Shown here: one piece after another, positions 23,764 through 38,400 of the stretch | Layout: every line of letters starts with the position of its first letter | Position numbering within the stretch: position 1 is the stretch's first letter | Assembly: GCA_964019335.1 (NCBI GenBank) | Contig: OZ025720.1 | Span: 1 to 64,000, forward strand | Length of the DNA: 64,000 bases | Source of the DNA: Diplonema japonicum | Lineage: Eukaryota; Protista; Euglenozoa: Diplonemea | Direction of reading: 5' to 3' | Translations under genes and position numbers: made by a program | The notes under the pieces: model-generated | What the model was told of the DNA's origin: nothing | Seen by the model: only the letters and a program-made list of their open reading frames with translations | The model's database searches: none

Positions 23764-24911
23764 CTACGCATCTTTGATCATTTTCGCATCGTTTCCCTGC
23801 GCCATCTGTAGGTGTTGACACTGCCCGTAGATCAATACCTGTTGCTTGGTGGCGTTCTTCGCCCAAAGAGAGGCGAATACATTCTGCTCGTACAGCAGTG
23901 CAGTGCGGGGAGTGAGGATTTCTGCTGCTGCGATAATGTCTTTGCAGCCCCTTACTGCTTCAGGTGGCGAATCCAGGAAGTTGGTTTTGACAAAGGACAG
24001 TGCCTCACGGTATGTATCACCCTCTGTGACAGTGCGGTCCACCATGCCGAATGCAGAAGCGTCCTTCGGGGAACATGGCTTTCCTGAGCACAGTAGCAGG
24101 ATGGCAGCCCTCCTACCTACCAATTTCGTGAGCCTTGTGCCACCGCCCCACCTGTGCATATGTTGCCGCTGTATATGAACATACCCTGTAGACAGGCCCA
24201 TGTGCGTGTGGGCGAAGTGGATGTTTCCACTTTCGCTGATAATTCGGAAGTCGCACGCAAGTGCAAGCTCGGCACCACCACCCACTGCTCCCCCCTCTAT
24301 CGCTGCCACAGTAATGCACGGCAAATTGTGTAACTCTAACAGCAGGGTTTGCATGTATCTGCACATTCTAAGCCCCCGCTCTGCGGACAAAAGATGCTTC
24401 GTAGCAAGCTCTGCAGATGGTCATGGGAACATTTAACATACCTGCATGTGCACCAGAGCAGAACTGGACACCCGTGCCTCTCAGCACAACAGCGATGCAT
24501 TCAGGGTGCTTGTTTATTTCTCTGATAGCGTCCTCCAACATGCACATCATCCTTGCTGTCATCGTATTAGCATCTTCAGGGTTGTCGATCTCGATCGTGA
24601 ACACACCAGGCACTCCGGTATCTTTCACCAGTTTAATATTCCCTCCGTCGTCTATGCTGCTCAACATGTTCCTCCCCTCCATGAGGAACACTGTGGTGGG
24701 GTCCTTGGGCGTCGTCTCTATTTGCTCGTTCTGCTTCCGCTCTTCTTGCAAGGCTTTCATCATCGCAATTTCATCTCTTTGTAACTGCGTTGTGTTGCAT
24801 TGCCGCGTGTAAGAAACATACTTCGGGGGGTGCTGAGACCTGTTTTGGTGTCGCTACTGTGGTTTTGTACCACCTTGCCGCGCGGTACAAGCCGCCTGCC
24901 GCTCGCTTCAT
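23764..24911 (-). CDS. Crotonase-family enzyme, ethylmalonyl-CoA decarboxylase (ECHDC1)-like, probably mitochondrial; introns 24785-24821, 24411-24441, 24152-24184, 23806-23838
   Basis: FCSGA, AAIEGGAVGGGAELALACDFRI and GLSTG|WGGGTRL after splicing; Arg/Ala-rich N-terminus. Confidence 0.85.
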
Positions 24912-25000
24912 TTTAATGCCTTTTATGTACAATTGAGAGTTGCAAGATGGTTGAATAACTTACATGAGCACTGCATCAAATTGCAGCACTAAAAGTAGTC

Positions 25001-26279
25001 TCATAAAGACATTTCTCGGAGCCTGTCAAGTTCTTCCTCTAGGCTCAAGCGGCGTTGCACCACCTTGAACCTGTTGTAGGACAGACGGCGGGGGCTGTTC
25101 GACAGGGAACGAGACCTGCCGCGTGAACTCCTGCCGTGTCTATTGAGATGGTCCTGCAGTTCAGCTCGGTAGGTGCCATGCGTTGGGACAAGGGATCTGG
25201 CACCGTTCGGCGTGGTGATCTGCAGCCACCCATCACGTGCCGTGCCCCATACACCATCGTTGTTGCTCAGTACTGTGTTTACGTTCACGCTCACCCTGTC
25301 GCCTTTCTGTAACACCCTTATCCGTGTCGAGTCCAGGTTCGGCTCGCTCCTTACTGTCAGCCCTGTCACGCAAGACTCTAGTGTTTGTTCATCACCGCGT
25401 GACCGCCTAGTAGATTGCCCCGGCGACGGGCTGCGTGACAGCCTTGCGTAAGGACTGCCCGTTCTTTCGCTCGTAAGCACCCGTGTGTGTGGTGATATCT
25501 GTGTGTTTTGTTTCAATGGCACACGGTAGTACCTGTGGTTGGAAAGTGCAATCCTTCACACGATATACGCGTGCCCTCCGCTGTGCCCTCTCCTTCGCAG
25601 CATCATTGTACAGGCGGTTGTGCATTTCCGACTTGTATTTCTGTGGACAGGTCGAAAAGAAACTATAAAGCGCATACAGGTTTGACGGTGATGTGAGGTG
25701 GTGACGGCTCTTCTACCTTAGGAGGTGTGCACTCTGAGAATGTGTGGAGTGTGGCAGCTTTGACGACATACTCTCGCAGGACCTTCTTGTGTTGAGATGG
25801 TCCCACACCCGGCGGCCAGACCCCTCAATAAGATCCTTAGTGCGCTCAGAAAGGGCGGGCGAGAAGCTAAAACTTTCGTATGTAGGTGGTGGAAGGGATG
25901 ACTTCCGCTCTCGATTTTTAGGCGACCAAGACACCCGCTTTGTCTTTAGAGGTGCAGGGGATACTTGCAGCTCGTTCTCCTCGCTCATCTGCCTCCTGTG
26001 CTCGCTGATCAACGCACGCGCAATACTGTTCCTGTCCCTCACATCGCTGTCGGCATGCAACCGCTGCCACACATCCTCTTCACTCTCCTGTGTACTGACC
26101 TCTCGTTCTTCGACTTCCTCCTCCTCGTCATCATCATCATCATCATCGTCATCGAGGTCCGCAGTCTCTGCAGGCACCACGTCACCCTCACTCACAGGCA
26201 GTGCTAGACTGCACAACGGAGCGATACTATCGGGTAAAGCTACAATTCTGTCATCATGAAGTGCTTCGGAAGAGAGCAT
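25001..26279 (-). CDS. Low-complexity protein with xTFxPxI-type motifs and a C-terminal SH3b-like domain; introns 25734-25771, 25641-25677, 25499-25532
   Basis: Three ORFs join in frame (1,170 nt). LTVRSEPNLDSTRIRVLQKGDRVSV..W....GW resembles bacterial-type SH3. Confidence 0.68.
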
Positions 26280-26366
26280 GGTGTAGCTGTAATAACTAGA
26301 AAGTCGAAAAGAGAGTGCATTCATGTAAAAGTTAAAAACTGTCATTAAAACTTAAGTTAAACGCCC

Positions 26367-29328
26367 TCAGCCAATAAGTTTGTCAATGTAACGTGTCGTC
26401 ATGTGCTTGTCTCTCACCTGCTTCGCTAGGTTTGTGACCACCTCGCTGTTCACTTCACGGACTTTCTGCAGACATCCGCAAGCTGCCTCCTTGAGCTCAA
26501 CATTTGTATCGTCCATGTGCAGGAGGAGAGTGGAGGCCCACTCTGACACCCGGCTAGTAGTAAAGGCTTGAGCGGCGTCTTTGGTAAGCCGGCCTTCTAG
26601 TAGATCCGTGAAGATTACGTTCAGTGTATTCGCAGTGATGATGCGCACCACGTCGTTGCTGTCGTCCAATCTGAGCATCAGCTCCTTCATGCCCTCCACG
26701 GCCTCCTGCGTCCTCATCGGCAGGCGTATCGTGTATGGAGACATCTTTACTACAACAGCTCTCAGTTCTGAATCATCGGAGTCGAGCGCGTTCTTCCACG
26801 TGTCCACAACAGACGTCAGCAGCTCTTTGCCCTCCTCTGCCTCCTTCTTGCCCTCCTCTGTGTCGAGGTCTGCCTCAGGTTCCCACAATGTGTTTGGTAC
26901 GATGTTTTGTACCAGCAAAGCCGACAAACAGCCCAGAGATGCTTTTCTGAAGAGGTGCGCTGCCCCGCCCACATGCCACCTCCCGTTGGGCACGATGATG
27001 ACAAGCAAAATCTGTTCGATCTGCTTCGCGGGGATCACGACGTCGAGTTTCTATGAAAATTTACCAACCCTACCACAAGCAAGACATACCGTCAGTTCCA
27101 AGACAAAATCGTTCAGAGTGGTGAGGTACTTGAGCTGCCCACGTGCATCCACGTCGTACCGCACCTGTTGGCGTAAGGTTCTGGGGTGTTGCATACATTG
27201 TGAAGGTACGAGAGGAAGATGTCAATAATGTTTGTGGTGTACTTCTGCAGCATGGGACCGCCATGCTGAATGAGCATGGTGAGCACAGGGAGGGGAACGT
27301 TCTTGATGTCCTCAATGGAGCGCAGGAAGTGCTTCATGTACAGACCTATATCTGTGCCAGAGAGTATGTTGTTCAGCTTCGTTAGAACCTTCTGTGATTC
27401 GGCAACCACCTTCACGTCGACACACGTCTGCATGTCGAGGAGCGTGAAGAAGAGGTAGAAGTCCAGTGGTGTCTCTTCCGTTTCGTACCCCTCCTGCGCC
27501 ACGTCCTTGTACGGTTTGATAAGCTTGAACTTCAGCAGCAAGTCTTGGAACACATCAATGAGGCTGGCCAGTGCCAGCAGCTGCTCTGGGGCTTCAATGT
27601 CCACGACATCGGAGGAAGTCACGGCTTGGGTGATGACGCACGCCTGCTCCTCTGTTAGCTCTGCGGAGCCCATCAATAAGTACTTAAAGGCTATCAAGAT
27701 GTTAATTTTCGTGGTGTTGGCCGTGGTCGAGAAGATGGTGAGCGTCCTCCGCCTGATCTCACGGTATTCCACCTGTTGCATTGAAACATGACTTGCAGCA
27801 TACCTCATCCTGGTCGGCAGCCTGCTCACGGACCTCGAGGTCACCCGCGGCAGATTTTGTCAGCAACAACGGGATGTAGTTGCCAGGATTATGAAGCTTT
27901 CCGAGCAACGCCAAACAAAAGTAGGCTTCATTCTTTATATGCACGTCGTCATCACGGAGTACCTTGTACAAGGCGTCAAGGATGCCTTGCATGTACTGCA
28001 AGGCGTTTCCTTCTATGAACCACAAGGTCATGATCTGGCGGTGTTGAAGAAAAGGACACAAGAATGGACATACCAAGGTCCTGATAGCAGCAGTCCTCCT
28101 ATTCACGTTACTGTTAGAAATGGTCCATTCTAACGCCACGATATCCTCAAGCACGGAAGGGATGAACGTGCGACAGCACTGCAGTTCGTGTTTTGCATTA
28201 ACATGGTATACCTCGGCTATCACTAGTCTGGCTCCAAGGGGCGGCCTGTCTGATAAGTCGGTGCCAGCGAAGCTGGACTTGATGGGCATGGTCATGTCTG
28301 GGTAGTTGTCGTCTGCGTACCATTGGATGTCTTTCAGTGTCACCCGTCGGCTTTCGAGGTTGATGCTGTTGTCCTCGTTGTCCATCTCGTAGAAGGCAGC
28401 AAGCCCCAAAATAATCTGCCGTGCTTTTTCCCTCACAGGCTCGATGTCATCTGTCATTGCTAGCAGTACAATAGGCACGAAGTGTCTGTGCATGTCTATT
28501 CTGTCTGTCGTCTCCATCATCCAGTCCGCCACAACATCTAATGTCGCCTGCCTAACGCTCTCGCTCCTGTCACACGCCAATGCCTTGAGAAAGGCTTTCG
28601 TCGTGAGCATGGCATTGGGTTCATCTCTGAAGTCGTAGATGATGTCGGTCTGTAGGTGTTGAGTGTGATGGAGGGACATACTGCACCGTTCTTCACTAGC
28701 AAGCCAAAGGCCTTGATACTTGCCATCCTTACCTTCCACTGCTTCACGCGCAGGTTGGGCTTCATGGCCTTTGCAATGTCGATAGCAACCATTTTCGTGT
28801 TTTCTCGCACCGCGTTGCAAAGGTGTGTGATGCAATCGCAGCATGCTATCTTCATGTCCGGGTCCGCATCCTTGACACAAACCTTCAATACAGCAGCAAA
28901 GTAGTCAAGGAATCCCCTCTTGGCTATGTCGTGAGGGAAGGCCTGTAGACACGAAACGAGAACTTCAACAAGCTCTAGCCTGACAGGCTCCGCTTGCTCG
29001 ACCGCTGGCTCGTTCGCTAGTCGCGCCACAACAACGGGAAGAACCCACTCCATGCATTCATATTGCAAGCATTTCAGGATATCCTTCACCATGATTGCTG
29101 CGTTCTCCCTGTGCCTGTCCCGCTTGTCGTCAAACATCTTCAGCAGTGGCTTGATCAACTCACTGGCGTACACGGTTTTCTCTTCTTCATCCTCCAGTCC
29201 ATCGAAGTTCTTTTGCACTCTAAGGAAATGAATGTCAACTATGTTACACCATACCTCTGCAAACCCTTCCATCTGATGTCTATCCGCGCATCCTGCAGGC
29301 AGTTAATGTCGTGCCTTACGGTTTCCAT
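26367..29328 (-). CDS. DNAAF5: HEAT-repeat dynein axonemal assembly factor 5 (HEATR2)-like; introns 29220-29254, 28650-28681, 28179-28211, 28035-28073, 27773-27803, 27165-27196, 27051-27089
   Basis: N-terminal RHDINCLQD, EQAEPVRL, HEAT repeats and C-terminal LLLHMDD..K.A. Seven introns give one 906-aa frame. Confidence 0.8.
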
Positions 29329-29403
29329 TTCCTGTAGTGCTGATAATATACATGAAATTAAAGATGCGGACAACTACATTACTACATAACTTGTACAGAT
29401 CTA

Positions 29404-32400
29404 CTACAGGTTTCTCGCAGGAGTGGACATCAGGTCGTCGTCCTCCTGCAGGAGCATCATTAGCTCGCTTGGCTTGTCAGGTAGTGCTTGGTGTATCTCC
29501 CGCAGGGGGGATGACGTGGCGAAAGACAGCTCACGGCATACCCTTTCCAATTCTGACGATTTTTCCTTCAGCTGCTCCTGCAGCGCCCTAGCTTGGAACG
29601 CTGCCTCCTCATACTGCTGCTCTAAGGTCAGCAGCCTTGATGAGTCGTTCTCAAGCTTTGCCGTTAACTCCACAACATGTTTTTCGGTGTTCGTCAACTT
29701 CTGTGTCGCATCTTCGTTGCACCTTTTCATCGTGTCGTACTCGCGTGATTTCTCTTCCATTTGACTATTCACTGCCGCTTTCTCTGTTTCAAGCATGTCC
29801 GCTCTCTCCCGCTGCTCGCTCAGTATTTTCTCGGATTTACTAACCTGCTCTTGTACCCTTTTGAGCTCTTCCGTTTTCGCTTCAAGTTCTTCCCTCACCG
29901 TTTCTAGTGCATGGATGTGCCCCTCATTCTCTCTCTCAAGGTCTTCGATAGCACTGTTCATAATGAATGCTTCGTTGAGTTTGTTCTCCAACAGTTCTAT
30001 GCTGCTGGTGAGATGTTCTTCCTGTTCCTGCATTCTCCTCTTTGCACCAAGTAATTCCGCGTTACTCGCAGCAAGCTCCTCTTGCAGGTTGTGTTCCCGT
30101 TCTGCAACCTCAGATTGCTGCTTCTTCAAGCTGCTCAGTGACTGGGAACCCTCGTCAGCAGCTGCTTGGAGGGTGTCCCTCTCCGCAGCTAGCTCTGTGC
30201 ATATTGCGCTGCAAGCAACTAACTGTTTCTCGAGCTCTGCTGTCAATACAGTCTGCCCCTGGGCGGCTTCTTCAGCAGCACTGACTACCTCAAGCAAATC
30301 TGCAACTTTGAAATTGCTATTTGCTGCTTGTTCCTCCGCCTCTGCCACCCTTTCCTCAGCAGCGGCAGCATCTTCCTCTAAAGTCATAACAGCGGTCTTC
30401 AACGCGTCCATTACCTTCCTCTGCTCTTGCGCTTCTTCTTCCTGTTCGGTGATGCTCTTTTGCAACTCGGCATTGGCGATTCTAAGCCCTTCCTCCACCA
30501 ACTGCATGTTGGAATAGTCTGTGTTCTTGTCGTCGAGTGCACTAGTGACGGCTTCCAGCTCTTCACGTGTCTTCTCACACTCCGTGTTCTGCACTTCGAT
30601 GAGTTCCAGCAGCCGTGACGCCTTGCGTTCCGATTCAGCTGCCTCATTTATCTTTTCTGTAAGCGTTTCTTCCGTTATTTCCAGCTTCGCTTGACACGAA
30701 CGTAGCTCCTGTTGAAAAGCAGTAGAAGACTCTTGCTCTTCAGAACGAACCTCCTCCGTCGCACGGACCCTGTTCTGCAGGTCTTGTACCTCCTCGAGGA
30801 GTTTTGCTTCCTTCTTCACTAGGATTGAGTACTCACCTTCCACCTTCTGTGCGTCGCGCAACTCGTTTTGCAACGTCACAATCTTCTCCTCAGCCGCTCT
30901 TAACTCGGCTTCAACAACATTGCCGGCCTTCTGCTCTTCCTGCACCTCACCGTTCAGAGCTTCTATCTTCTGCTTCAGTGCTGCCTCCTCTTCGTAAAGC
31001 TTGGTAAGCTCTACACCATGGGCATGCAGGTCTTGCTCTGTTACTGATAGTTTACCACGCAGCTGGTCTGCCTCCGCCGCTGATTGCTGTACCCTCGCCT
31101 CCAACCCCAAAATCTCAGCTTTTGCGCCCGCTGCTTGACCTTCAAGTTGTGATCTTTGCTGGATAGCCACTTTCAGATTCTCCTCGCATTTCTTGATCTT
31201 TTCGTTAGCAGCAGCCAGCTCTTGGACCAACGTCTCGTTGTACTCGTTGTCCTTAGCCAAGTTTCTTTCGAAATCCTCTTTTTGCTTTGCAAGCTGCACC
31301 TTGTCCGCTTCTGCCTTGTTGAGTACCTCCTGCAGTCTCGAGTTTGCGTTGAATATTTTGTTCTCCACATCTACATTCTTAAGACACGCCTTGCGCAACT
31401 GCTGCTCGAGTGTATCTTTCTGCTCTTTAAGTTCTTCGACCACCTTATCATGTGCATCTGCTGTCTTTTGCAGAACTTCGTTAGTTTCTTCTAGTGATCC
31501 TATGCGCTGGAGCGACACAGCAAGATCCTTCTCGAGGCTCACAAAGTCGTCTAGCTCGGTTGCAGGATTCGTGTTAGTCCCTATGCTAACGATCCTATCA
31601 AAGGCTGACGCACGCTCCAAGACCAAGGGTCTTGCAACAGGCGTACGTAAGATAGCGGTGCTCCCCTGCAGCGGTGTAGGCGGGGCACATGTGATGAGCG
31701 TATGCTCGTGATGCTCAAGCTCCTTTGTCGGACCACGCAATGTTGAGAGAGTGCTAGAGGTGCTGATCAAGTTGATAGGTCTGAACACTTCGACGCTGCC
31801 GGCGTCCTCCCGGCTAGTCTCGCTTCTACGTTCGCTGCTGCCATCGTCATGCCCACTGGCACTCTCCTTCTTGCTTGTATTATCTCCCTCTGCGATTTCC
31901 TGGTCTGCCATTAACACATCGGTTCCCACCCCGATGCTAACAAGCTGCACGACTTCCTCCTCCTCAAGTGGCTCGATCTTGCTCTTAGTCTTTGTCTCGG
32001 GCTTGGGCTGGGGTTCGGGTTCGGGCTCGGGCTGGGGTTCGGGCTCGGGCTCAGCTTTGGTCTGTTGCGATTCGCGCATCTTCTCGAGTTGCTCTTCCAG
32101 CTTCTCAAACAGAGAATCGTGGATGCCTGGATGTGCGTCCTTTACTGGAAGCTGTTCTTCATGTCGCTGCAGGAAGCATGACGAGGCGACAAGCTGCGCC
32201 CCGCTGCGTGCGTGGGCCTCCTGAAGCTGCTTGTGGTACTCACCCTGCTTCATCAAGCTTGCCTCCATCTCTTGTTTGAGCTTGTCCACTTGCTCTTCAG
32301 TAGCATTCTTGTCTTGTCTGAGGTCTGCGAGTGCATCCCTGAGTTCTGCTGACGTCTTCAAAAGCTCTTGTATTTCATACTGCTGCTGTTGGAGCGTTTT

Positions 32401-35400
32401 GGTTTGTTCTTCTTCAGCTTCTTCGTGTAGCTTCATCAGCTCACCCTCCTTCTCGCCAGCCTTTGCTGAAAGCTGTTTTAGCTCCTGTTTCTTTGTACTC
32501 AGTTCGCGTTGCTTGGACTCAAGGAGCTCATCTTTTGCTGCCAACGCATCTTCTTTGTTTCTAAGCAGCTTTTCAAGGTCACCTTGTTGCTCCTTTGCGG
32601 CGGAAAGCTTCTCTTCTGCAGCTGCGATTGCTTCCTTCGCGTGATTTAGCTGTTCCTGCAGATCTGCGTGAATCATCACCTTGGCAGTGTTTACTTCCTT
32701 CTGAAGTTCATCTACCTGCTGCTGCGCTGTTGCCAGCTGCTCATCGGCAAGCTCCTGCTTGTGTGACGCCTCTATCCTCATTGCAGCTTCCTCGTGAAGC
32801 ATGTCCTGTATTCCCGAGAGCTCTTCCAGCTGCTGCTTTGTCTCCCTTAACTCCGTCTCTGCATTCGTCCTTCTGTCGTGCTCAAGGGCGAGGCGCCTCT
32901 TCGCGGCAGTAGCGTCATCCTGCGCCTCTACGAGCTGCTTACCTAAGAATTCTTGTGCCTCGCGTGCCTTTTTCAGATCCTCCTCCAGCGAAGCATGCTG
33001 TCTCAGGGTCTTCAGCTCTTCCTCATCTTGCGCAATGGCAGCGCAAAGCTCTTCCACCTTGTCCTCCAGCGCTGTATTTGACTCACATTTCTGGTGCAAC
33101 AACTTATCTTGTTCAGCCAGCCTGTCTTGTACGATGGACAATGCTTCCTTCTTCTCTCTCAGATTATCGTCTAACAAGTTGTTTTCATTCTGTGAGAGCT
33201 CTAGTTGCGTCTCGAGACTTTTCTTGCGCTGCTCTGCTAATTCTAAGTCACTTCTGAGGTTCTCTAAGCGCGAGCTCTCCTCTTGAGCAGACGATTCGTA
33301 CGACGCTAGCTCATCCTGCGACGTAATAATAGTATGTTTGCTAGCATACCTTTTGGCGAGAGGCTGTTGCCTCTTGCTCCGCCATCTCTTTTTCAAGTTG
33401 CAACCTGCATGATATCAGTACTACTATACTAGTTGCATACACTCTAGACTGTAGATGCTCAATTGCATGATGATTATCAACGGTGTCTTCGCAGCTTGAG
33501 ACAGTCATGTGCTGTTCGCTGACAAGGGCAACTTCGTGCTCTTCCTCAGACAAGACCTTTGCCAACGCTGTCATAGGTGTTTCCTCAAAGTCCTCCTCCA
33601 CCACTCTGGTTGGTGTGTGGCTGATCAGAGTCAGAGAGCTGCTGACTAGTTCTATGCCCCGAGGTTCTTGCGCCTGAGGAAGTTAATATTGTGGCGAGGA
33701 GCATACAGAAGACTCAGCGACAAGTGACGCCAGTTGCGAGCTCTGCTCTTGCAACACAGCAGCGGGTTTGGCTACTCCCAACGCCCCCTCTTGCACCAGC
33801 AGCTCACGAGGAGGGGAGGGTGGGTCAACAGGGTTGGGTGGGTCAACCACCTGCACGGAATGCGATTCTTCGGACGCCAGACAGGTGCTGCTCTTTGAAA
33901 TTGTTTGCATTTGCTGTATTTGCAGTTCTTGCTTTTCCTCATCAGAGGGTTCAACTTCATGTACGGTACGGTAGACGTGGCCACCAGTTATTATCTGTTG
34001 AAATTGGAATATTCGCAGTAAAGTACATCCATACCGTGGTCCACTGACAATCCACAACATGCTCTTCATCAAGAAGCACGCGAGAAGGACACCTGTAAGA
34101 GTGAAGCACTGACCAGTACTTCCCAAGCAGCTTGTTCCTTGCTTGCTGGCTCAACAGGTCCACCTGCAAAGATGAAAGTAAAAGAATGAAGTGCACACCT
34201 TCAGTCTATTGAACGCATCGCTCATGTGTGCCTGGCGCTCTTCCAACTCTTTAGCCCTGTTCTTGAAAGCCTCGCTCTCTTGCTGAGCTTCAGCAATAGT
34301 ATCATGTAGGGAAGAGAGGCTCTCCAGTTCGCTTCTCATAGTGTTCAGCTCTTCTTTCTTTGCAGTGGACTCATCTTGCAATTCCATGACTTCATTTCTT
34401 TTGGCAGACAACTCTTCTGAGGTTCTTGCGTGTTCAGCAGCAGCCTCGTCAAGTGCGGCTGATGTAGCAGCCTGCTGTGTTCGTGCGGCATCAAGTTGCA
34501 AACGAAGGTGGCTGACAACAGCGGCGCTGCAAGTAGCGCGTTCATCATGCTCTTGCTGTATGATGTCGCACCTCTTTCTTTCTTCACTGCTGCCTACCGT
34601 CTGCTGGTTAAGTGTAATCTCTTCGATTGCTAATTTCATCTGCACGTTGTTCTTTGCATCACTTGTGTCGGCAAGCTCCTGCTTGACACCTTCGAGCTCT
34701 GCTTTCAGTGATTCTAGCTCCTTCTCTTTTGTACGTTCTGCCAGCGTTGCAACGTTTAACTCTCCGTTCACTGCTGCAAGCTCGGCGGTTTTGTTTTCTA
34801 AATCCTTTGCCTTCTCGTTCAGCAGCTGTTCGCTGTCTTCGATTTTCTCCTTCGAGATGTGCAGTTGATGCTCTGTGAGATGCAGGGTGTGCTCGGCCTC
34901 AATCTTTGCCGTAGTCTCCCGATGAAGTGCGTCCTCATAGTCCGCTTTCAGCAATCCAAGCAAGTTTTCAGCTTCGGTCTTTTCCTCGCTCCTTGCCTTT
35001 TTGAGTCTCAAGTTCTCCTGCCTCCTCGCTTGAAGCTCACGTGTCTTCTTAGAAAGCTCTGTTTGTGTTGCTTCGAGCTGCTCTGTCAGGGTCCTCAATC
35101 CCTCACGCAAGTTCATGATGTCGTTCACTTGCCTACCGCACACTTTTTCTGAGAACATCGTCTTCTGCTTCAGGATCTCCGATGCCTCGTTCGCTTGCTT
35201 TATCTCATTCCTCACTTTTTCCTTCTCCATCATAGCTGCTTCCGACACCAGCTTATGTTCAGCCAGTTTAGCGTCCAAGTCCGATCGCAGCTTCTCTGCT
35301 TCTTGGTGCATGTCGCTCACCTTAGACATATGCCACTCGCGCTTCGCGCTGTCTGACGCCATCAGGTCGTCGATCTTGGCATGTAGCTGCATATTCTCCT

Positions 35401-38400
35401 CTTCAGTCTCACGCAGCTGCTCCCGCAGTGCTTCGAGATCCATTTTTAGGTTTTTAATCTCGCTCTCATCAAGGGCATGATCGTGTGAGCGTTGTTCCTG
35501 CATGCATGCGTAAAATGCCTCGACCATACCGAAAGGTGCACCTGCACCCTCAGGTGTTCCAGCTCGTGTTGCGTGCTTCGCTCGTTTTGTTCAGCTACTC
35601 GCATCGCGGCACGTAGCTGTAGAGAGTGTATAAAGGTGCGTACCCAGTGCATACCTTAAGTGTCTCTGTCCTGTCTGCTACCACAGGATCACTCCTGCCT
35701 GATACTGTCTCTGCGTACTCACCATCGCCAGAGGCAATCTCAACAAGACCGCCACCAGTGTGCGACAAGAGTTCTGCGGACTGCTGCTGTATTATCTCCT
35801 CCAGCACTTTGATACGTGCATTGAGCTCGTTGTTCTTTCTCTCTGCTTCAACCGAGGTGGTGGTCTGCAGCGTGGCTTCATGCTCTAGTGCCCCTACTTT
35901 CCTACTCTGCGTCTCGATCGTGGAGTACAGCTCTTGTATTCTTTCGGGCCCTTTACATAATTCTTTTTTCATTGCTGCTTCTCTGTTATTTGCGATTTGT
36001 AACTGCTCCTTCTGCCGTTCCACCATGGTCGTCAGCTCGTCAATTCTGCTCTGCGCAGCGGACTCTGCTTCGGACTGTTCGTCAGGAGTGTACGCCAGGT
36101 CGGCCAGCGTCTCCTTACGTGTCTCAGCGCCTTCTTTCCTGGGTTGCTGCATGTGCTCCTGCGTGTCACTGGCGTCTGTGCCATTCTTCAGTGTTGTGGT
36201 CCTTAGCTGCCGCTGCTGAGACTCAACAATGCTCTCGAGCTCTTTAATCCTGCCACCGTCGCTAGCTGTCTGTACCTTGAGCTCGTCCCGAAGCTTCTGC
36301 TCTCTTTCGCTCGCCTTCTGAAGCTCCTCAAATCGCGATTCGAGCAAGGCATCAAGCTCAACCAAGCGCCTCTGCAGATACGGTGAAGCTGCCTCTCGTG
36401 TTTCAGGTAAATCTTCTTCGGTGATCCGAAGAGCTTGATCTTTCTCTTTCAAGGCCTCATTCAACGCTTTTATCTTCAGCTCCTGCTCAGCAAGCTGCTC
36501 CTGGAGCGTCCTGGTAGTATCGTCTCGCAGCTGTTCTGCGGCCAGTAGCTGAGGGCTCTCGGTGTTTGACAGTTTCTTCACGCTGTCCGACCCTTCTAGC
36601 ATGCGGATTTGGTTTGCCTGTGAAGCAATGACCGTTTCCAATGTCGTTACGTGTTCCTTGTGCTCTTTAATTGCGTCATCGCCCAGCGAACCATGTTGTG
36701 CAGCCAACTCCTTAGCTTTCACCTCCACAAGTTGATCGAGCTCAGCTAACTTGCACCGTAGGACATCTTGACCGGGCTGGTTGCCCAACTGTTTGGCCTG
36801 CGACTCAATTACTGCCTGAAGCTCTGCGGCTTTTCGCAACGCCTGTTGGCCGATCTCGATCTCTTTCTGCAGCTCGCACTCTTTCTCATCTGCCTCTTGG
36901 AGCATGCGCCCTTGCGATTCCACGATCCCGTCTAGTTCCACCAGTCTCTGCTGTAAGTACGGCGACGTCACGTGTGCTTGTTCTTGCTCTCCCGGCCTTG
37001 CGTTGTCGTGGACTGCGAGCTGCCGCTTCTGAGATTCGATTACACTTTCAAGCTCTTTAATCTTGCCGCTGCCACCAATCTGAGCCGAGCTGAGCTCTTC
37101 TTGAAGTTGTTGTTCTCTTTCGTTGGCCACTTCCAACAGCTTTGCCTGCGTTTCTGACAGCGTTCCTAGTTCAACAACGCGCTTTGCTGTGTCGTCTTTC
37201 GTCACCTCAGAAAGCCTTCGTTCCTTCCTTTTCAACTCCTCACCCAGCTCCTTTACCTTCTGTTCTTGCTCTTGTTCCGTCGCTTCTCTGCTCAGTGCCT
37301 CTGAAGAGAGTCGCTGCTGCAGTGAATCGATGATGCCCTCTAGCTGCTTGATATGTTCTTCGTTGTTCTCCCGTGTATCGTGACTATGCGCTGAAACCAC
37401 ATCTTGAGAGGCACTGTCTTCAGTTTTCTTGTATTGTCTTTCAAGTGATGCAAACTGCTCTTTCTGTGTTTCGATGACATCCTCTAGTTGTTTGATCCTT
37501 TCTTCTTGCAAGCTCTGATCCGATGAGGTTTGCTTACGTAAATGTGAACCCCCTTGCTGCTCTATCATGCTCTTATCATGCGTTTCCTGCGTCACTGTGT
37601 GCGACCGTTCAGCAGCTCCGGATTCTTTCATTTTGTTTTGCACCTCGAGTAGCATAAGCTGCTCCTTCTGTGCTTCAACGACATCTTCTAGCTGCTTAAC
37701 CTTTTCTTCTTGCAAGCTCTGATCCGATGAGGTTGGCTTACGTAAATATGAACCTCCTTGCTGTTCTATCATGCTCTTATCATGCGTTTCCTGCGTCACT
37801 GCGTGCGACCGTTCAGCAGCGCCGGTTTCTTTCATTATGTTTTGCGCCTCGAGTAACTGTAGCTGCTCGTTCTGTGCTTTAATGACATCTTCAAGCTGCT
37901 TAACCTTTTCTTCTTGCAGGCTCGGGGTTGTTGTTTCAGAAGGGCTTCCTATTTGCATTTCCCTGCTACGTGCTTCTTTCGTAACAACATCTTGTGAACT
38001 AGCTTCATGTGGCTTAGCATCTTGCTTGTGTTGCATTTGGCCGCTTCGATCTGAAACCTGATGCCTGCTCAAACTAAGCTCACATTGCTCTTCGCCCAAC
38101 GAGTCTTCAGCTCTCTCACTCCTCAGCTTGTCAAGCTCTTCTTGGAGCTCCTGCTGCTGCTTTGCCTGTCTTCCCACCAGACCGTCAAGCTCTACTATTC
38201 TCTTTTGCAAAGCAGAATCGTCTGCAATAGGAGTCAGTGGCGTAGGTGGTGAAGCTGTGTACGTAGCTTGCGGGCTCCTTGTGGCAGGCGTGTTCGCTTC
38301 AGCAACCTTCAACTTGTTTATTTCTTCGATGAAACTAGATTCCCTCTCCAAAGCTTGAAGAAGTTGCTGTGCCTGATCCTCCACAGTCTGGCTCAGCTCG

